A DNA stretch of 64,000 nt from contig NC_042999.1 in NCBI RefSeq assembly GCF_006345805.1, positions 29,884,001 through 29,948,000 of the forward strand, given 5' to 3'. Within the stretch, counting starts at the first letter, position 1. Each line of letters begins with the position of its first letter. The position numbers and the translations under genes were made by a program. Shown piece after piece: positions 13,121 through 25,781 of the stretch. The notes under the pieces were generated by a model that did no database searches, was not told the origin of the DNA, and saw only the letters and a list, made by a program, of their open reading frames with translations. The stretch is from Octopus sinensis (lineage: Eukaryota).

Positions 13121-15447
13121 ATAAACGATAGTTTATAGTTATAGAACATCTATGTTACTGCATAAGACAATGTTTCAACAAGAAAATATTAATGATAAAG
13201 TTTTGCTACAGCACAACCTAATTTCTGCGTGCACACCGAATTGACTTTACGAGGTAACACTATTATGTAACACTATTATCTTTTGCTATATTTAATCAAA
13301 TGTGAAACGGAACATTCCGTTGTAGTATTGGTTAATCCGAAATTATGACTTACTTGACAGACACTTTTAGAAATTTAAATCTACTTGAATTAATACACGA
13401 CAGGACGGGAGTGATAATATTGAGACACTTGAAATTGAGACACTTGAAATTATTCAGTTGGCAAACACCCATGGTTCAGGAGCTCAAGCATATTCAACAG
13501 CATAAAATTAAACATATCAATGATATTTCAAAGCCACAAAACCTAAAAAGAAATATGAAATACCTAACAAAGGCAGAATTCAAGACAGGCGATAACGTTC
13601 AAATTGACGAAAAAGTTGTGACGTACACCTTTAAAGATTCAAATATTTGGAAAGAAGGTCTAATATAAAATCTAAAATGAATTCTTTATCCAACACAATG
13701 TAGACATGAAGAGGCAAAACAAAGTGTCCAAATTGGACATTAACTCTATAGATTAGACAGGGAACTTATTTTGCTGAAGAAGCAAGAAAGAGAAATCTAC
13801 AAATTAGACAGTGAACTTGGGGAAGATCCCATTGAATGAACATCAAGAATCATGCGGAAACGATATGTTCGACAAATTCCTATCTTACAAATGTCCAAGA
13901 GAAGTATCAAAATACTGGTGTCATGTAACGAGAGATTTTATCAAAATTTTATTAAAATATGACATCTCAAGATAAACCAAATCGAAATACAAACAGATAT
14001 TAATAACGTCTTTGTCATTAATATTTGACTTTTAGACACTTAGATACACACAAGCACGCAAGCAAGCAAAATCTCATACAAGCACGTGAGAGCACAAACA
14101 CAGTTGTACGTAGGTACACATGCACAATCATATATACAAATATGTACAAGATTATTTAAATATCCTGGAGAAAAAAACTGAAACGTTTAAAGATTTCCCA
14201 AGATGAAACAGTTTTTTTTTTAGTAGTAATCACTTAAACGTTTCTTTACTTGTCATCAAACCAGTCCGTCAGCAATCTCGTTCTTGAATAAAGACTGAAC
14301 ATACATATATAATATAACTTAATACCAATAAATAGGACGTACATTTACTATCTCAATTTCATTGAAGTTAACCCACTGCAGATTTTTCCTTTATTAAAAT
14401 ATTCATCAATTCAGCCGACTTTCACACTCAAACGCACATGCACACACACACACACACGCACACACGCACACACACACGCACACACGCACACACGCACATT
14501 CACTCACTCACCCACATGAATAAATACCCAGCTATATGTTCAAAATCCCGAAACATTTGTCGATAAATTTTCTTAAATATGCTATATACTATACAATTGA
14601 GTAATAATAAAACAAGGTGCAGATGTATTATTCGACTTATTATAGTATAAAAAACGTGTTATGTGTGTGTGTGCGCGTGCGTGTGTGTGCGTGGGTGTGT
14701 GTATGTGTGTGCGTGTGTATGTGTGTTTACACATATATTAGTGTAAACAGGAAAAATATTACTGAAAATATGAGAAGTATATTTTTATTAATACTTAGCA
14801 GAAATAATAGTGCCACTGAAAGTCGAGGCCTACGGTCACTCTAAGACTTCTCCTAAATATGTACGTACGCGCGTGTATGTGGATGCAGGCATAGTATCAA
14901 CCTATATATCACTCAAGATTGTCTCACTCCGTTCAAAACATTCATTGATGAAGTATATTTGCAAATAATTACATTTGTTGCTTGAGGTAATGATAAGACA
15001 ATATGTTGACACAAGTAATTCTAGATATTATTTGCAATAATTTTATATATCAATTTCAAAAGTATCAATTTATCTACCTCCTCACCTATCCGCTAAAAAA
15101 TAATATTTCACCGATTAATGACTTGATTTCAGTGAAGCCAGTGTCTGATCGCCATAAATTTTGATATTCTATTATTTGTCAGGGCTGGAGACACATTTGA
15201 CTGCACTTCTTGGATGACAACCAGCTCGCAGATACCTGACCGTGTCTCGCTAAATATTTATTTTCTCTTCATATATTTATGTACATACATATAATTTTTT
15301 TGTGCCGGTGTATATAACTGCATATCTGCCTAGACATCTAACAATATACTCAATCATATGTGAGTGTGTGTGTGTATGTATAGGTGTGCGTGCGTGCTTA
15401 CATTGTCTGTGTGCACGCGCGTGTGTATATATATATATATATGTGAG

Positions 15448-15507
<60 letters not shown>

Positions 15508-15529
15508 ATATATATGTGATTATGTATAT

Positions 15530-15579
<50 letters not shown>

Positions 15580-16995
15580 GGGGTTTGTGTGTGCGCGCGT
15601 GTGTGTGTGCCTGTGTGCATGGATAGATAGATAGATAGATAGATCGATTGAGTGAGTGTTAGATAGATATAAACCAATCTACTCACATGTAAAATATATA
15701 CTAACATAATAGGATACATACAATACACCGTAATGTTTGATCTGTGTGTATGTTTTAAATTTCTGGACATATAATCGCTCATATGCTTTCTAGAATACAG
15801 TTTTATACATTATTACATTTGTCACATTCAATACTTATGCAGAGATACCTTTGATGACAGCAAATCTAAAACCGATATTCAAAAGTTGTCTGTCGAGGAC
15901 AGAGAGGTATGTTTATATTTGAATGCGTCATTGAAGACAGGCCAGTGGCGGTAAGCTGCTTCAACAAAATATACTAAATATTCGATAAAGGTAATTTTAA
16001 CTTTTGAAAATGTAATTATGGCATTAAATATTATATAAGAAAATATATTCTTTTTTTCATCATTTAAGGTAATTGGAACAATTATATCAAGCACTCATTA
16101 ACATATTTCTGTGGTACAATATGCAGGCTTCTTCCAGTGCATTGACTCGCTGTAGGCGTTAGTAGCCATTCTACATTCTGTGTTCCCTGCCACGGAATAC
16201 GCTTGTTCCAGTAGTGTATGTCTATTAGATATACTAGCAATTCAACATGGCTTTGACAAATGTCGTCGACACCGGCTCCTTGTTAAGACGGGGTTTGTAA
16301 AACCCACCCAGCAAGAAATGGAGATGAGCAGAGGCTCCAATCTCACTAGTTGTCAATCAGGTTGTCATTGATGGCTGTTATAAAGTAGGCTTTCACAACT
16401 CAACCTTGCGGGATTAGCTTCATGGGCACCCATTTCTGCGTGAGGCTGACAAAATTGCTCGTCACCACGCTGCGGTATTTTCATCTTGATAGAAAAACCA
16501 ATCTACATACTAAGCAATTTAAACGGTTCATCAGCCCAGAGGCTCAGAATGATATCGATCTCCGTGGACTTGCTCCTTTCGGTGGGGACGTAATCTCTGT
16601 TTATAATATTACTAATGCTCCTTTGTTGCTTAAGTTCTCCCAAACTGTTTCAGCTACTACTTTCTCTTGCTTTGACAGAAGTATTGTCACCCTTGTTGTT
16701 ACTAGTGCTGCTGCTACCGTTATCACCTTTAGTGATTTCACTGCAGGTTTTATCACTGCTAGCGTTGCTACAGGTGTTCGTTTCTCATCTAAATTTTACT
16801 GATGACGAAGCTCTTGTTTCTGCTGCAGTTGACCGTTGCAGCTATAGCGTTGGATCTATTTTTTCAATGACGATACTTATTCTTCCATAAGCAGAATCCA
16901 GTGTTTACTACCATTGATGCTATTTTTGCTATGGCTATTATTTATGATGCAATTTTTACATTTACTGCCAGTAACCGCAAGATAACAATTTGCTA

Positions 16996-17610
16996 CTCTT
17001 GGCACAGGGACCGAAATTGTTTGTGAGGGAGCTAGGCGATTAGATCGATTCCAGTACGCAACTGGTATTTAAATTATCGACCCCGAAAGGATGAAATGCA
17101 AAGACGACCTCGGCGTAATTTGAACTTAGAACGTAAAAACAGACGAAATACTGCTAAGCATTTCGACCGACGTGTTAACATTTCTTATTTCTTTACTTCC
17201 CACAAGGGGCTAGGCACAGAGAGGACAAACAAGGACAGAAATACGGATTAAGTCGATTATATCGACACTACTGCGTAACTGGTACTTATTTAATCGACCC
17301 CAAAAGGTTGAAAGGCAAAGTCGACCTCAGCGGCCGACGAAATATTACTAAGCGTTTCGCCCAGCGTGCTAACATTGCTTATTTTTTATTACCCACAATG
17401 AGCTAAACATAGAGGGGACAAGCAAGGAAAGACAAATGGATTAAATTGATTACATCGACACCAGTGCGTAACTTGTACTTATTTCATCGACCTGGACAGG
17501 ATGAAAGGCAAATCGACCTCGGAATAATTTGAACTCAAAACGTAACGGTAGACGAAATACTTCTAAGCATTTCGGCCGGTGTGCTAACGTTTCTGCCAGT
17601 TCACCGCCTT
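16996..17610 (-). mobile_element. Head-to-tail trimer of a tRNA-derived SINE
   Basis: Three diverged units (about 17375-17610, 17181-17374, 16996-17180) share gttagcac...gaaatgcttag..tatttcgtc and gtcgac..gcctttca.cct....gggtcga. Only the 5'-most has the full head aaggcggtgaactggcagaaacg. Confidence 0.85.
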
Positions 17611-18837
17611 AGCAACCGTAAGAGCATTGTTGCAATGATTTGAAGTTTCAAACTTCAACAGTTGGAAATTGTGAGGGTTTCAATCTTTGTTTCTTACTGA
17701 AATTATATTAGAGGTCACTTTTCAACTCCCCTGGTGTTTAAAGAAGCCAATAGCATATTTGCAAAACAGCCTTTTTTAAAACGAAAATTTGCATAGATTT
17801 TCAACTGATTCCAGTCCCAAGAAAGCTAACGGCCCTATATATTTCATGTTGACTTAACAATATTTGTATAACGAAAATTTACAATTGGCAACTTAAATTA
17901 TTTATAACAAAATTCAAAACAATAATTTTAACCGTAGTCAAGAATAGAGATTATGTTACTTACAATAATGTCTGGCACATTAAGGAAAGAAACCGAATGA
18001 AATAAGAAAATATATCTCTTCTCTCATCACTCACACACAAATATTTTTAAATATTTGAAAAGTATAATAATATTACAGTTCATCGTATGAAAAGATATGG
18101 AGATATGCAAAATGTGATTACGAAGATCATAATGATGAGTATAAATAATAATGATTTTTGTGAGGATGGTCAGCTGTTGCTGAGAAGGATAAATAAATAT
18201 AATGTCGGTGTTGCCGATGAAGTAGCCAAACTTTAGGAGAAAGACGGCAATGACGAAAACAATTGATACGATGCTGGCGTAATGACTATGAGGATAAAGA
18301 TGATGATGATATGACGACGACAACGATGATTACGACGGTGAAAATGATAACAGTGAAGGCAACGACGTCGACGACGGTGATGTTGATGATGATGATAACT
18401 TTACTAATCTATTCTATTAATCTTAAAAATTTCAATTTTTCTCAATAGCTTTCAAGACGATTGGATTCAGTTCAAATATATTTGGATATAACGTAATATA
18501 TTCGATGAGATGGGAACACGCATTCGCATCCAATCACACATACACATATAAGAGCTTAATCACACTCGATACTTGTATGCATACCTCTACTATATACAAA
18601 GTAATATACATATGTATACATAGTATTACCACAAACATATGTATACGGATGCGGAAAATTACTCATACACAAACTCACATAGGTGCACACAGAAACATAC
18701 GCAAACTATAAAAAGAAATTCTGAAATTACTATATATTACTTATAATAATTTCAACTTTTGTTCTTTATTCAATTATCATCAGAAACACATTTTGAATTA
18801 AATTAATATTTTTGGTGAATGAGATGTGCTTCGTGCT

Positions 18838-19020
<183 letters not shown>

Positions 19021-19797
19021 GTTGTTGTTGTCATTGTTCTTTTTATTATTAATATTATTACCGATGGTGTTGTGTTTTTCTTTATATTTATTGTTATTTG
19101 TTACATATTCTTTTTCCTTCTTATAATTGTTGATTGCAAATATGCTATGTGATATTTAATTAAAATATATAAACATATAACATGAATTCCACAATAATAT
19201 AACATATTTAACACGTATGAATGATATTTGTTAATTTAGTGTTTCGTAACTGATTTCTTTTAGAAAATTGCATTTCATTAACTGAAAACTATGCAAATTA
19301 AGTTCGAAATTGTATGAAAATGTCAATCCATATAGGGGAAAATTCGAATAAAATACGTTGAATCTAATGATGTTTTGCTGTTAACTTTTTTCCCGACGTA
19401 ATTCTTATAATTAACATTTCATGCCGGCATAAAATATTTTCACTTATTTATTAGACTCGCTCACTTCCAGTAATATTTCTGCTATAGTTCAAACAACCGC
19501 CTCACAATCTAAGCTCATGAATTAAACCCTAGTCCGACTGTCTTACAGAAATTTCATGGTCAGTGGCCTAATTTAATATAGAATTTCTGTTCAAACTTAA
19601 CATAGGTATAAACAGGTCCAAAGGACCGGTTCTTCTCTTCATAGGTAAAAATAGTTCATTTTGCATCTTTTATTGACCTTTAATATGGGTCAGTATGTTT
19701 TTTCATCCCTTGATCAACATTTCTCATGTTCTCTTTTTATCACATTCTGTGTTGTGGGGTGTATGGGTATACATGTGAGTGTGTCCTTGTGTGTATG

Positions 19798-19888
<91 letters not shown>

Positions 19889-19890
19889 CT

Positions 19891-20230
19891 ACAATTGCAG
19901 CGTGGAAGGTGTTTATAAGCCATTTAAGAAACACACAAAAGCCGTTCGATACACTTCAACATTTAAGTTTAATTTGTCAAAATATTTTCGTCGCTAAAAT
20001 CCGCGACCTGTTCACTGACAAAGTCCGTGCTGCACGGACTTTGTCAGTGAACAGGTCGCGGATTTTAGCGACAAAAATGTTTTGACAAATTAAACTTATA
20101 TGTTGAAGTGAATCGAACGGCTTTTGTGTGTTTCTTAAATGGCTTATAAACACCTTCCACGCTGCAATTGTTTTCGTTTCAGCACACGACCTCAGATCAA
20201 ATTACTTGCTATGCGAGTACATCTCCGTAA
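19891..20230. mobile_element. PLE-type pLTR hairpin: 140-bp arms around a 1-nt centre plus unique 59-bp tail, flanked by (TA)n on both sides
   Basis: 19891-20030 and 20032-20171 are near-perfect reverse complements; same family as 28478-28763. Confidence 0.85.
19973..20022 (-). ncRNA. Minimal type I hammerhead ribozyme motif, G3-C8 variant
   Basis: Minus strand: tttgtca | gtgaaca | g | gtcgc-ggatttta-gcgac | gaaa | atat t t | tgacaaa: 7-bp stem I, 5-bp stem II, palindromic AATATT stem III, UUU triplet. Confidence 0.62.
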
Positions 20231-20251
20231 ATATATATATATATATATTAT

Positions 20252-20283
<32 letters not shown>

Positions 20284-20285
20284 AA

Positions 20286-22568
20286 TAGATGAGTGTATTT
20301 TACCTTGTTAACAATTAACACGGATAAATGAATGAATAGTTACCAGGGCAGCAAAATCTCACAAGTAAAGATGTTGTAACTCCTTGTTTATAAAGGTTGA
20401 AACTTCGTGTTTACGTTGAATATTTGAATAATAGGAATAAAAAATGGAGTCAACGCAGGTTTAAACAAGTATTTTTTCCTTCTACATATGTTTCAAAAAT
20501 TCCACTGATACTTATTCAAAAGAATAAAAGGTATAAACAATGCAATCTTCTCTTCGGGAAAGTGAAAAAACGAAACTTGTCAATACGACATTTTAGCAAA
20601 AAATGATGGATTCGTATAGCGATAGACAGAACGCTATTAATATTGTTTAAAAAAACGTTATATGATATAACGTCATAAGTAGCTAACAGAAAGAGTAGGG
20701 ATATTAATAGTGAATGTTAAATATAAAGGAAATTAAAGTCTAAACTATATATAATGATAGAGACTACTTATATGCACTAAAAGTATGCTTTTGCCAATGC
20801 TTACATCTGTATGGTCGTTCTATAACCGTGTTTACTAGAGTATTTTTAGAAAAAATAATGAAAAATAGCTCAGAATTGCAGAGAAGACAGAATTTCTTGC
20901 CTTTGTCATATGGTATCGAAATTGAGAGGATCAACCATTCCAAATGAAATTGTTCATTGTGGTCTTTTAAATTGATGATTGTTTACTTTACCTCCAAAAT
21001 GTTTCTAACCAAAAGGTACAAAAAGTTAAGAACAGTTTAGTTAATTTTTTCAGTAGAATGGGCTTAAATATCGTTTTTGATGACGATCTGACGAAGGCCA
21101 ACTTTTTAGATATTACCCTTAATTTACACAGTGACTCTTACTTCCCATATCATAAACCGTTGACCAATCTTAAGTACATTAGCAAATTTAGTAATCATCC
21201 TGGAGCAATTACTAAGAATTTAGTTAAGAATATTTCATTTAGATTATCTAAATTATCTGCTAATGTTGATATTTTCAATAATAACGCTGAATTCTATAAG
21301 TCTGCCTTAATCAAAGCAGGTTATACAGAAAAAATTTTCTACATTGATTCTGCTCAGTCTAATTGTAAATTCAATAATATAGATAAGATTTCTAGTCGTA
21401 AAAGAATTATTGATAACAAACATAACTTACGCACCGATACAAAGCGAATGAAGGCAGATAACCCTTATTTATTCCCCTATTACCGATCTAAAAGTAAATA
21501 TAACACCTTCAAAAGTAATTACGCTATGAATACTAGTAAAAATATTTGGTTAATAATTCCTTACGGGAGACAAATTAAATCTAATCTCCCACTGCTGTTT
21601 CGTCAAGCTATTGCTAGGAGTTTTCCAAATAATTCTAGATATTACTCTATAATTAATTCACATAAGGTTAGGATAGGTTTTTCAAACACAAAAAATCTCT
21701 TGCAAATTATATCTTCTCATAATAACAAACTGTTAAATATTAATACATTTACTAATACTAACATTAATTTAGCTACTACCATCCAACCCTCTAGAAATAT
21801 TAATAACAAGGTTATTGTATCTGAAGTCAATCCCAATAGAATTAAATTTATGTCAAGTAACTCTAAGATTAAAAATTCTATATACCAGTGTATAATCAGT
21901 ACTCGTAATAAAGTACGATTTTACATTGGAAGCACATCGTTGGAGTTATCTAAGAGAATTTCTATCCATTACTCAACATTTAGAGATAGAAATAAACGGA
22001 ATATTACCGGTCACAGCAAACTGATTTGGAATTTAAAAGACCACAATGAACAATTTCATTTGGAATGGTTGATCCTCTCAATTTCGATACCATATGACAA
22101 AGGCAAGATATTCTGTCTTCTCTGCAATTCTGAGCTATTTTTCATTATTTTTTTCTAAAAATACTCTAGTAAACACGGTTATAGAACGAGCATACAGATG
22201 TAAGGATTGGCAAAAGCATACTTTTAGTGCATATAAGTAGTCTCTATCATTATATATAGTTTAGACTTTAATTTCCTTTATATTTAACATTCACTATTAA
22301 TATCCCTACTCTTTCTGTTAGCTACTTATGACGTTATATCATATAACGTTTTTTTAAACAATATTAATAGCGTTCTGTCTATCGCTATACGAATCCATCA
22401 TTTTTTGCTAAAATGTCGTATTGACAAGTTTCGTTTTTTCACTTTCCCGAAGAGAAGATTGCATTGTTTATACCTTTTATTCTTTTGAATAAGTATCAGT
22501 GGAATTTTTGAAACATATGTAGAAAGAAAAAATACTTGTTTAAACCTGCGTTGACTCCATTTTTTATT

Positions 22569-22573
<5 letters not shown>
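20286..22573 (+). mobile_element. PLE copy 2 (non-Neptune clade with C-terminal endonuclease, possibly Nematis/Hydra-like) with inverted 3'-end copy upstream
   Basis: 20431-20973 is the reverse complement of 22030-22573 (about 543 bp, few differences); both outer ends abut (TA)n. Confidence 0.88.
20974..22240 (+). pseudogene. 5'-truncated PLE RT and GIY-YIG ORF starting at the catalytic DD; +1 frameshift in the T-run at about 22148-22154
   Basis: In frame from 20974: DDCLLYL...NFLDITLNL..YFPYHKP..LKYISKFSNHP..RLSKLS; EN SIYQCII..FYIGST..KRISIH..LIWNLK..CLLCNSE. The inverted copy has 6 T instead of 7, restoring FSKNTLVNTVIERPYRCKHWQK. Confidence 0.88.
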
Positions 22574-22604
<31 letters not shown>

Positions 22605-22879
22605 ATATATATATGGGTGTGTGTGATTGTGTATAGAAGAATATATTAATAAAAAGAATTCCAACCTTGTCTGATTTTCACGTTTTATTTACAATCTTAT
22701 AATGATATATTATAAGATAATATATTATAATTGAATAAAATAAAATGAAATAGTAGAATGTTAAATATTCATTCTGATTGAACTAGTACTTTCATGCATT
22801 GAATTCTGCAATCTTCGGGTTCATGTAGTAGTGTTGACAGTCATGCTTCACAATTTTTGACTGTAGCAAGATGATTGAT

Positions 22880-23005
22880 TCTGTGCTATAAATACAGCTG
22901 GGTAGGCTCCAGAGTGCTAGGTTTTGCAAACTGTATTCTGACCAATCAGTGTGTAGTATCACTCAATTACTTAAGCTGATTGGTTGGTTGAGCTGATTGG
23001 TTTAG
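22880..23005 (-). promoter_or_regulatory. Candidate Pol II promoter in the PLE3 pLTR (CCAAT boxes plus TATA-like element)
   Basis: Minus strand: ccaatcagct twice (about 22975-23003), ctgattgg (about 22942-22949), then tatttata (22894-22887). Motif match only. Confidence 0.35.
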
Positions 23006-23323
23006 GCATCACGCTTTGTTGGACATGTCAAGAGTCCTGTATCTTGACCCTGGCCGAAGCAGCAATTGTTGGGTTATTTTTAGAAATGTTGTAAATATCC
23101 TTTGTCAGAGATTTTTATATTTTTATATTTCAATTGTCATCATCATCATTGTCAGCACCTTAATTATTGTTGCTAGTGGTGATGGTGGTGGCAATAGAAC
23201 TTTTAACCCTAAATAAGATAATTTTCCTGCTATCTTCGTCTTGATCACCTTTAGTATTGTTGTTGTTGTTAGTGGTCATGGTCGTAGCAGTGGAAGTAAT
23301 ACCTCTAAGTATTATTATTATTA

Positions 23324-25650
23324 TTATTGCTTATTTAGCTTGGGTTCGAATTTATCAATAAAATTCTTTTCTCTGATTTTCCTCTCGATTTCACTTGGGC
23401 TGTGTAATTTGTAGAATGGAAATATTATATATATTTTCCGACCACATGTTGCTAGGTGGTTACTCAAAGGTATCTGACGGACCTCTGGGTCTCTAATCTG
23501 TTGCCGGTGTACACGTGAGCGTTCTAATAGTGCGTTTCCCGTCTGACCTACATATATTTCTTCACAATTTGGGCATTTGATGCAGTAAATAAATTTCTGC
23601 TTTTGCAGTTCATATTCGCGTTTGTGAATATTTTCCCGGTTTTTGTGTTTATATATTGACCGGTATGTATGAATTGGCATGTGCCACATCGGCTATCATT
23701 GCATTTAGATACCGTGAATGTTTGGTCTTTGTTGCTGAGGTCAAATTTTGCCTTTGTTAGTAATGTTTTCAAGTTTTTAGGCTGTCTTTTACTAAGCACC
23801 ATAGCTCGATCCGTGATTATGTCTTTTAATTCATTACTTTGGGCAATGATTGGTAGGTTTGCTTTGGCAATGTTGAAGATATTCTGGTGACATGGGTTGT
23901 GTGTCACTATGAATGGTATGACTTGTTCTTGTTTTCCTCTTCCTTGGGTTGTCCTAAGTTGTTGTATAGGTATTTTTATAGCCCGCTGTATGCCATTTTC
24001 TATAAGTAGAGATGGGTATTTTTGTTTGAGCAAAAATTCTCTTAGTTCTATTAGGCGTTTGTTCCTGATATTTGCATCTTCTACAATAGTACAAATTCTT
24101 CTGGCTAGGCAGTATGGGATGTTACGTTTTGTATGTGGTGGATGGCACGACTTAAAATTTAGGTATTGATGTGTGTCTGTGTGTTTATAGTATATATCTG
24201 TGGTGATGGTGGTGTCTTTTTTAATTACCATTATATCCAGGAATGGTAATTTGGTACTACTCATCTCCTTTGTAAATTGGAGAGATGGGTGTAGGTTGTT
24301 CAGGAGGATATTGAACTCTTCCAGAGTATTTAGAGATTCTGTCCAGATTATGAAACAGTCGTCTAGGTATCTCTTCCATGCCTTTTCAATATACTTTCTA
24401 AACCCAGTGCCATAGTTTACCTCCACCTCTTGGTAGAGTTGTTCTTCTAAGTATCCCATTACAGAGTTGGCGTAAACGGGAGCAAACCTCGTTCCCATCG
24501 CCGTGCCTCTAATTTGGATGTAATTCTTTCCATTGAAGAAGAATGTGTTATTTTCTAGAATAAGCTTGACTGTGTCTAATATAAATGGCACTGTGAATCT
24601 GCTGGGAATCACTTCTCTATGTTTTTCTAACCAGTATTTAATCGCCTTTATTCCTAAATCGTGTGGAATATTGGTGTAGAGGCTTACCACATCAAAACTT
24701 AGTAAAACTGAATTTGTTTCTGTTGTTTTGGGAAGATGGGACAGGAAGTCGATGTCATCCCTGATGAAACTTGGTATGTAAGTACATAGTGGTTTCAAAA
24801 CAATGTCAATAAAATTGCTTAGACGGTGTGTAGGGCATGCTGGACCAGCTATAATAGGTCTAAGTTTTAGGTCTTTTGGATGTAATAATTTTATGTACTC
24901 ACTTTCTTGTTCTTTTACTGCCTGTTGAATGTTTTTTGATTTGTGTATTTTTGGTAAGCCGTAGAAGTTGCTGGGTTTTGGTTCAAAATTGGTGATGTAG
25001 TCTTTTTCATTATCCGTAAGTGAGTTGTGGTGTGTTGAAATCAGGTTGTTGATCTTTTTCATGATGTGGTGGTCTATATTTGCGGGTATTTCACAATAGA
25101 AGGTTGTATCCTTCAGTTGGTCTTCAATCAAATCCTTATAGTATTCGGTATCCATAATAACAATTGCACCACCTTTATCTGCTTGTTTAATTATTATTGT
25201 TTGATCGTTTTGTATACGTTTACATGCCGACATCTCTGATTTGCTAATGTTTGGCCTAACATTGGTATTGCGTCTAAGGGGAAATTTAGACAGGATATCA
25301 ATGTATTGGTCAAGGTAGTTATTTCTTCCTTTTGGTGGGGTGAAATTTGATTTATTCCTTACTAGGGATTCATCAATCTCATTACTTTTGTTAGCGAAGA
25401 ATTCTACAAGTCGTAATTTTCGACAGAATTTTTGGATATCCTCCTTTAATTCTTGGTGGTTGGCTGTTGGTGTAGGTGTGAATTTCAGTCCTTTTGACAG
25501 AAGTTGGATTTCATCATTGTCAAAATCTCTTTTTGATAAATTAATTATTTTAGGATCTATACGTTCAGTTGTTTGGGGTATGTTTCCTCTTGGATTTTTT
25601 CTTTCTCCGGTGTTTGTTGTCCTGACGTAAAAAAATGGATTTTTTTCTGG
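23324..25650 (-). pseudogene. PLE RT and GIY-YIG polyprotein with a single 1-nt deletion at about 23590
   Basis: Stop-free frame 25650-23548: IINLSKR..LLSKGLKFTPTP, KQADKGGAIV, FYGLPKIHK, LRPII, SFDVVSLYTNIP, GTAMGT, WKRYLDDCF, CNDSRCGTC. Shifts to IYCIKCPNCEEIYVGQT..RSRVH..FIDKFEPKLN. Confidence 0.92.
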
Positions 25651-25708
25651 TTATGATTTATATTCCTGTTGATGTTTGCTTGATGAATTTTGCGTTTTGG
25701 TTGTGGTA

Positions 25709-25781
<73 letters not shown>

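Larger units (their letters stand above)
22600..25710 (-). mobile_element. PLE copy 3, near full-length Neptune-like element
   Basis: ORF plus about 720-bp 3' region; 5' end abuts (TA)n at 25711; 3' end abuts the microsatellite shared with PLE2. Confidence 0.9.

Noticed and set aside
16250-16560. Possible non-LTR RT motif on the minus strand (LIPQG*VVKAYFITAIND)
   Set aside because: A single short degenerate motif with stops and no supporting neighbouring domains by eye; needs TBLASTX.
22480-22535. HHR in the PLE2 pLTR (gaaacatatgta: palindromic stem III plus GUA)
   Set aside because: Only the 3' half is recognisable; no consistent core, stem II or stem I register could be built.
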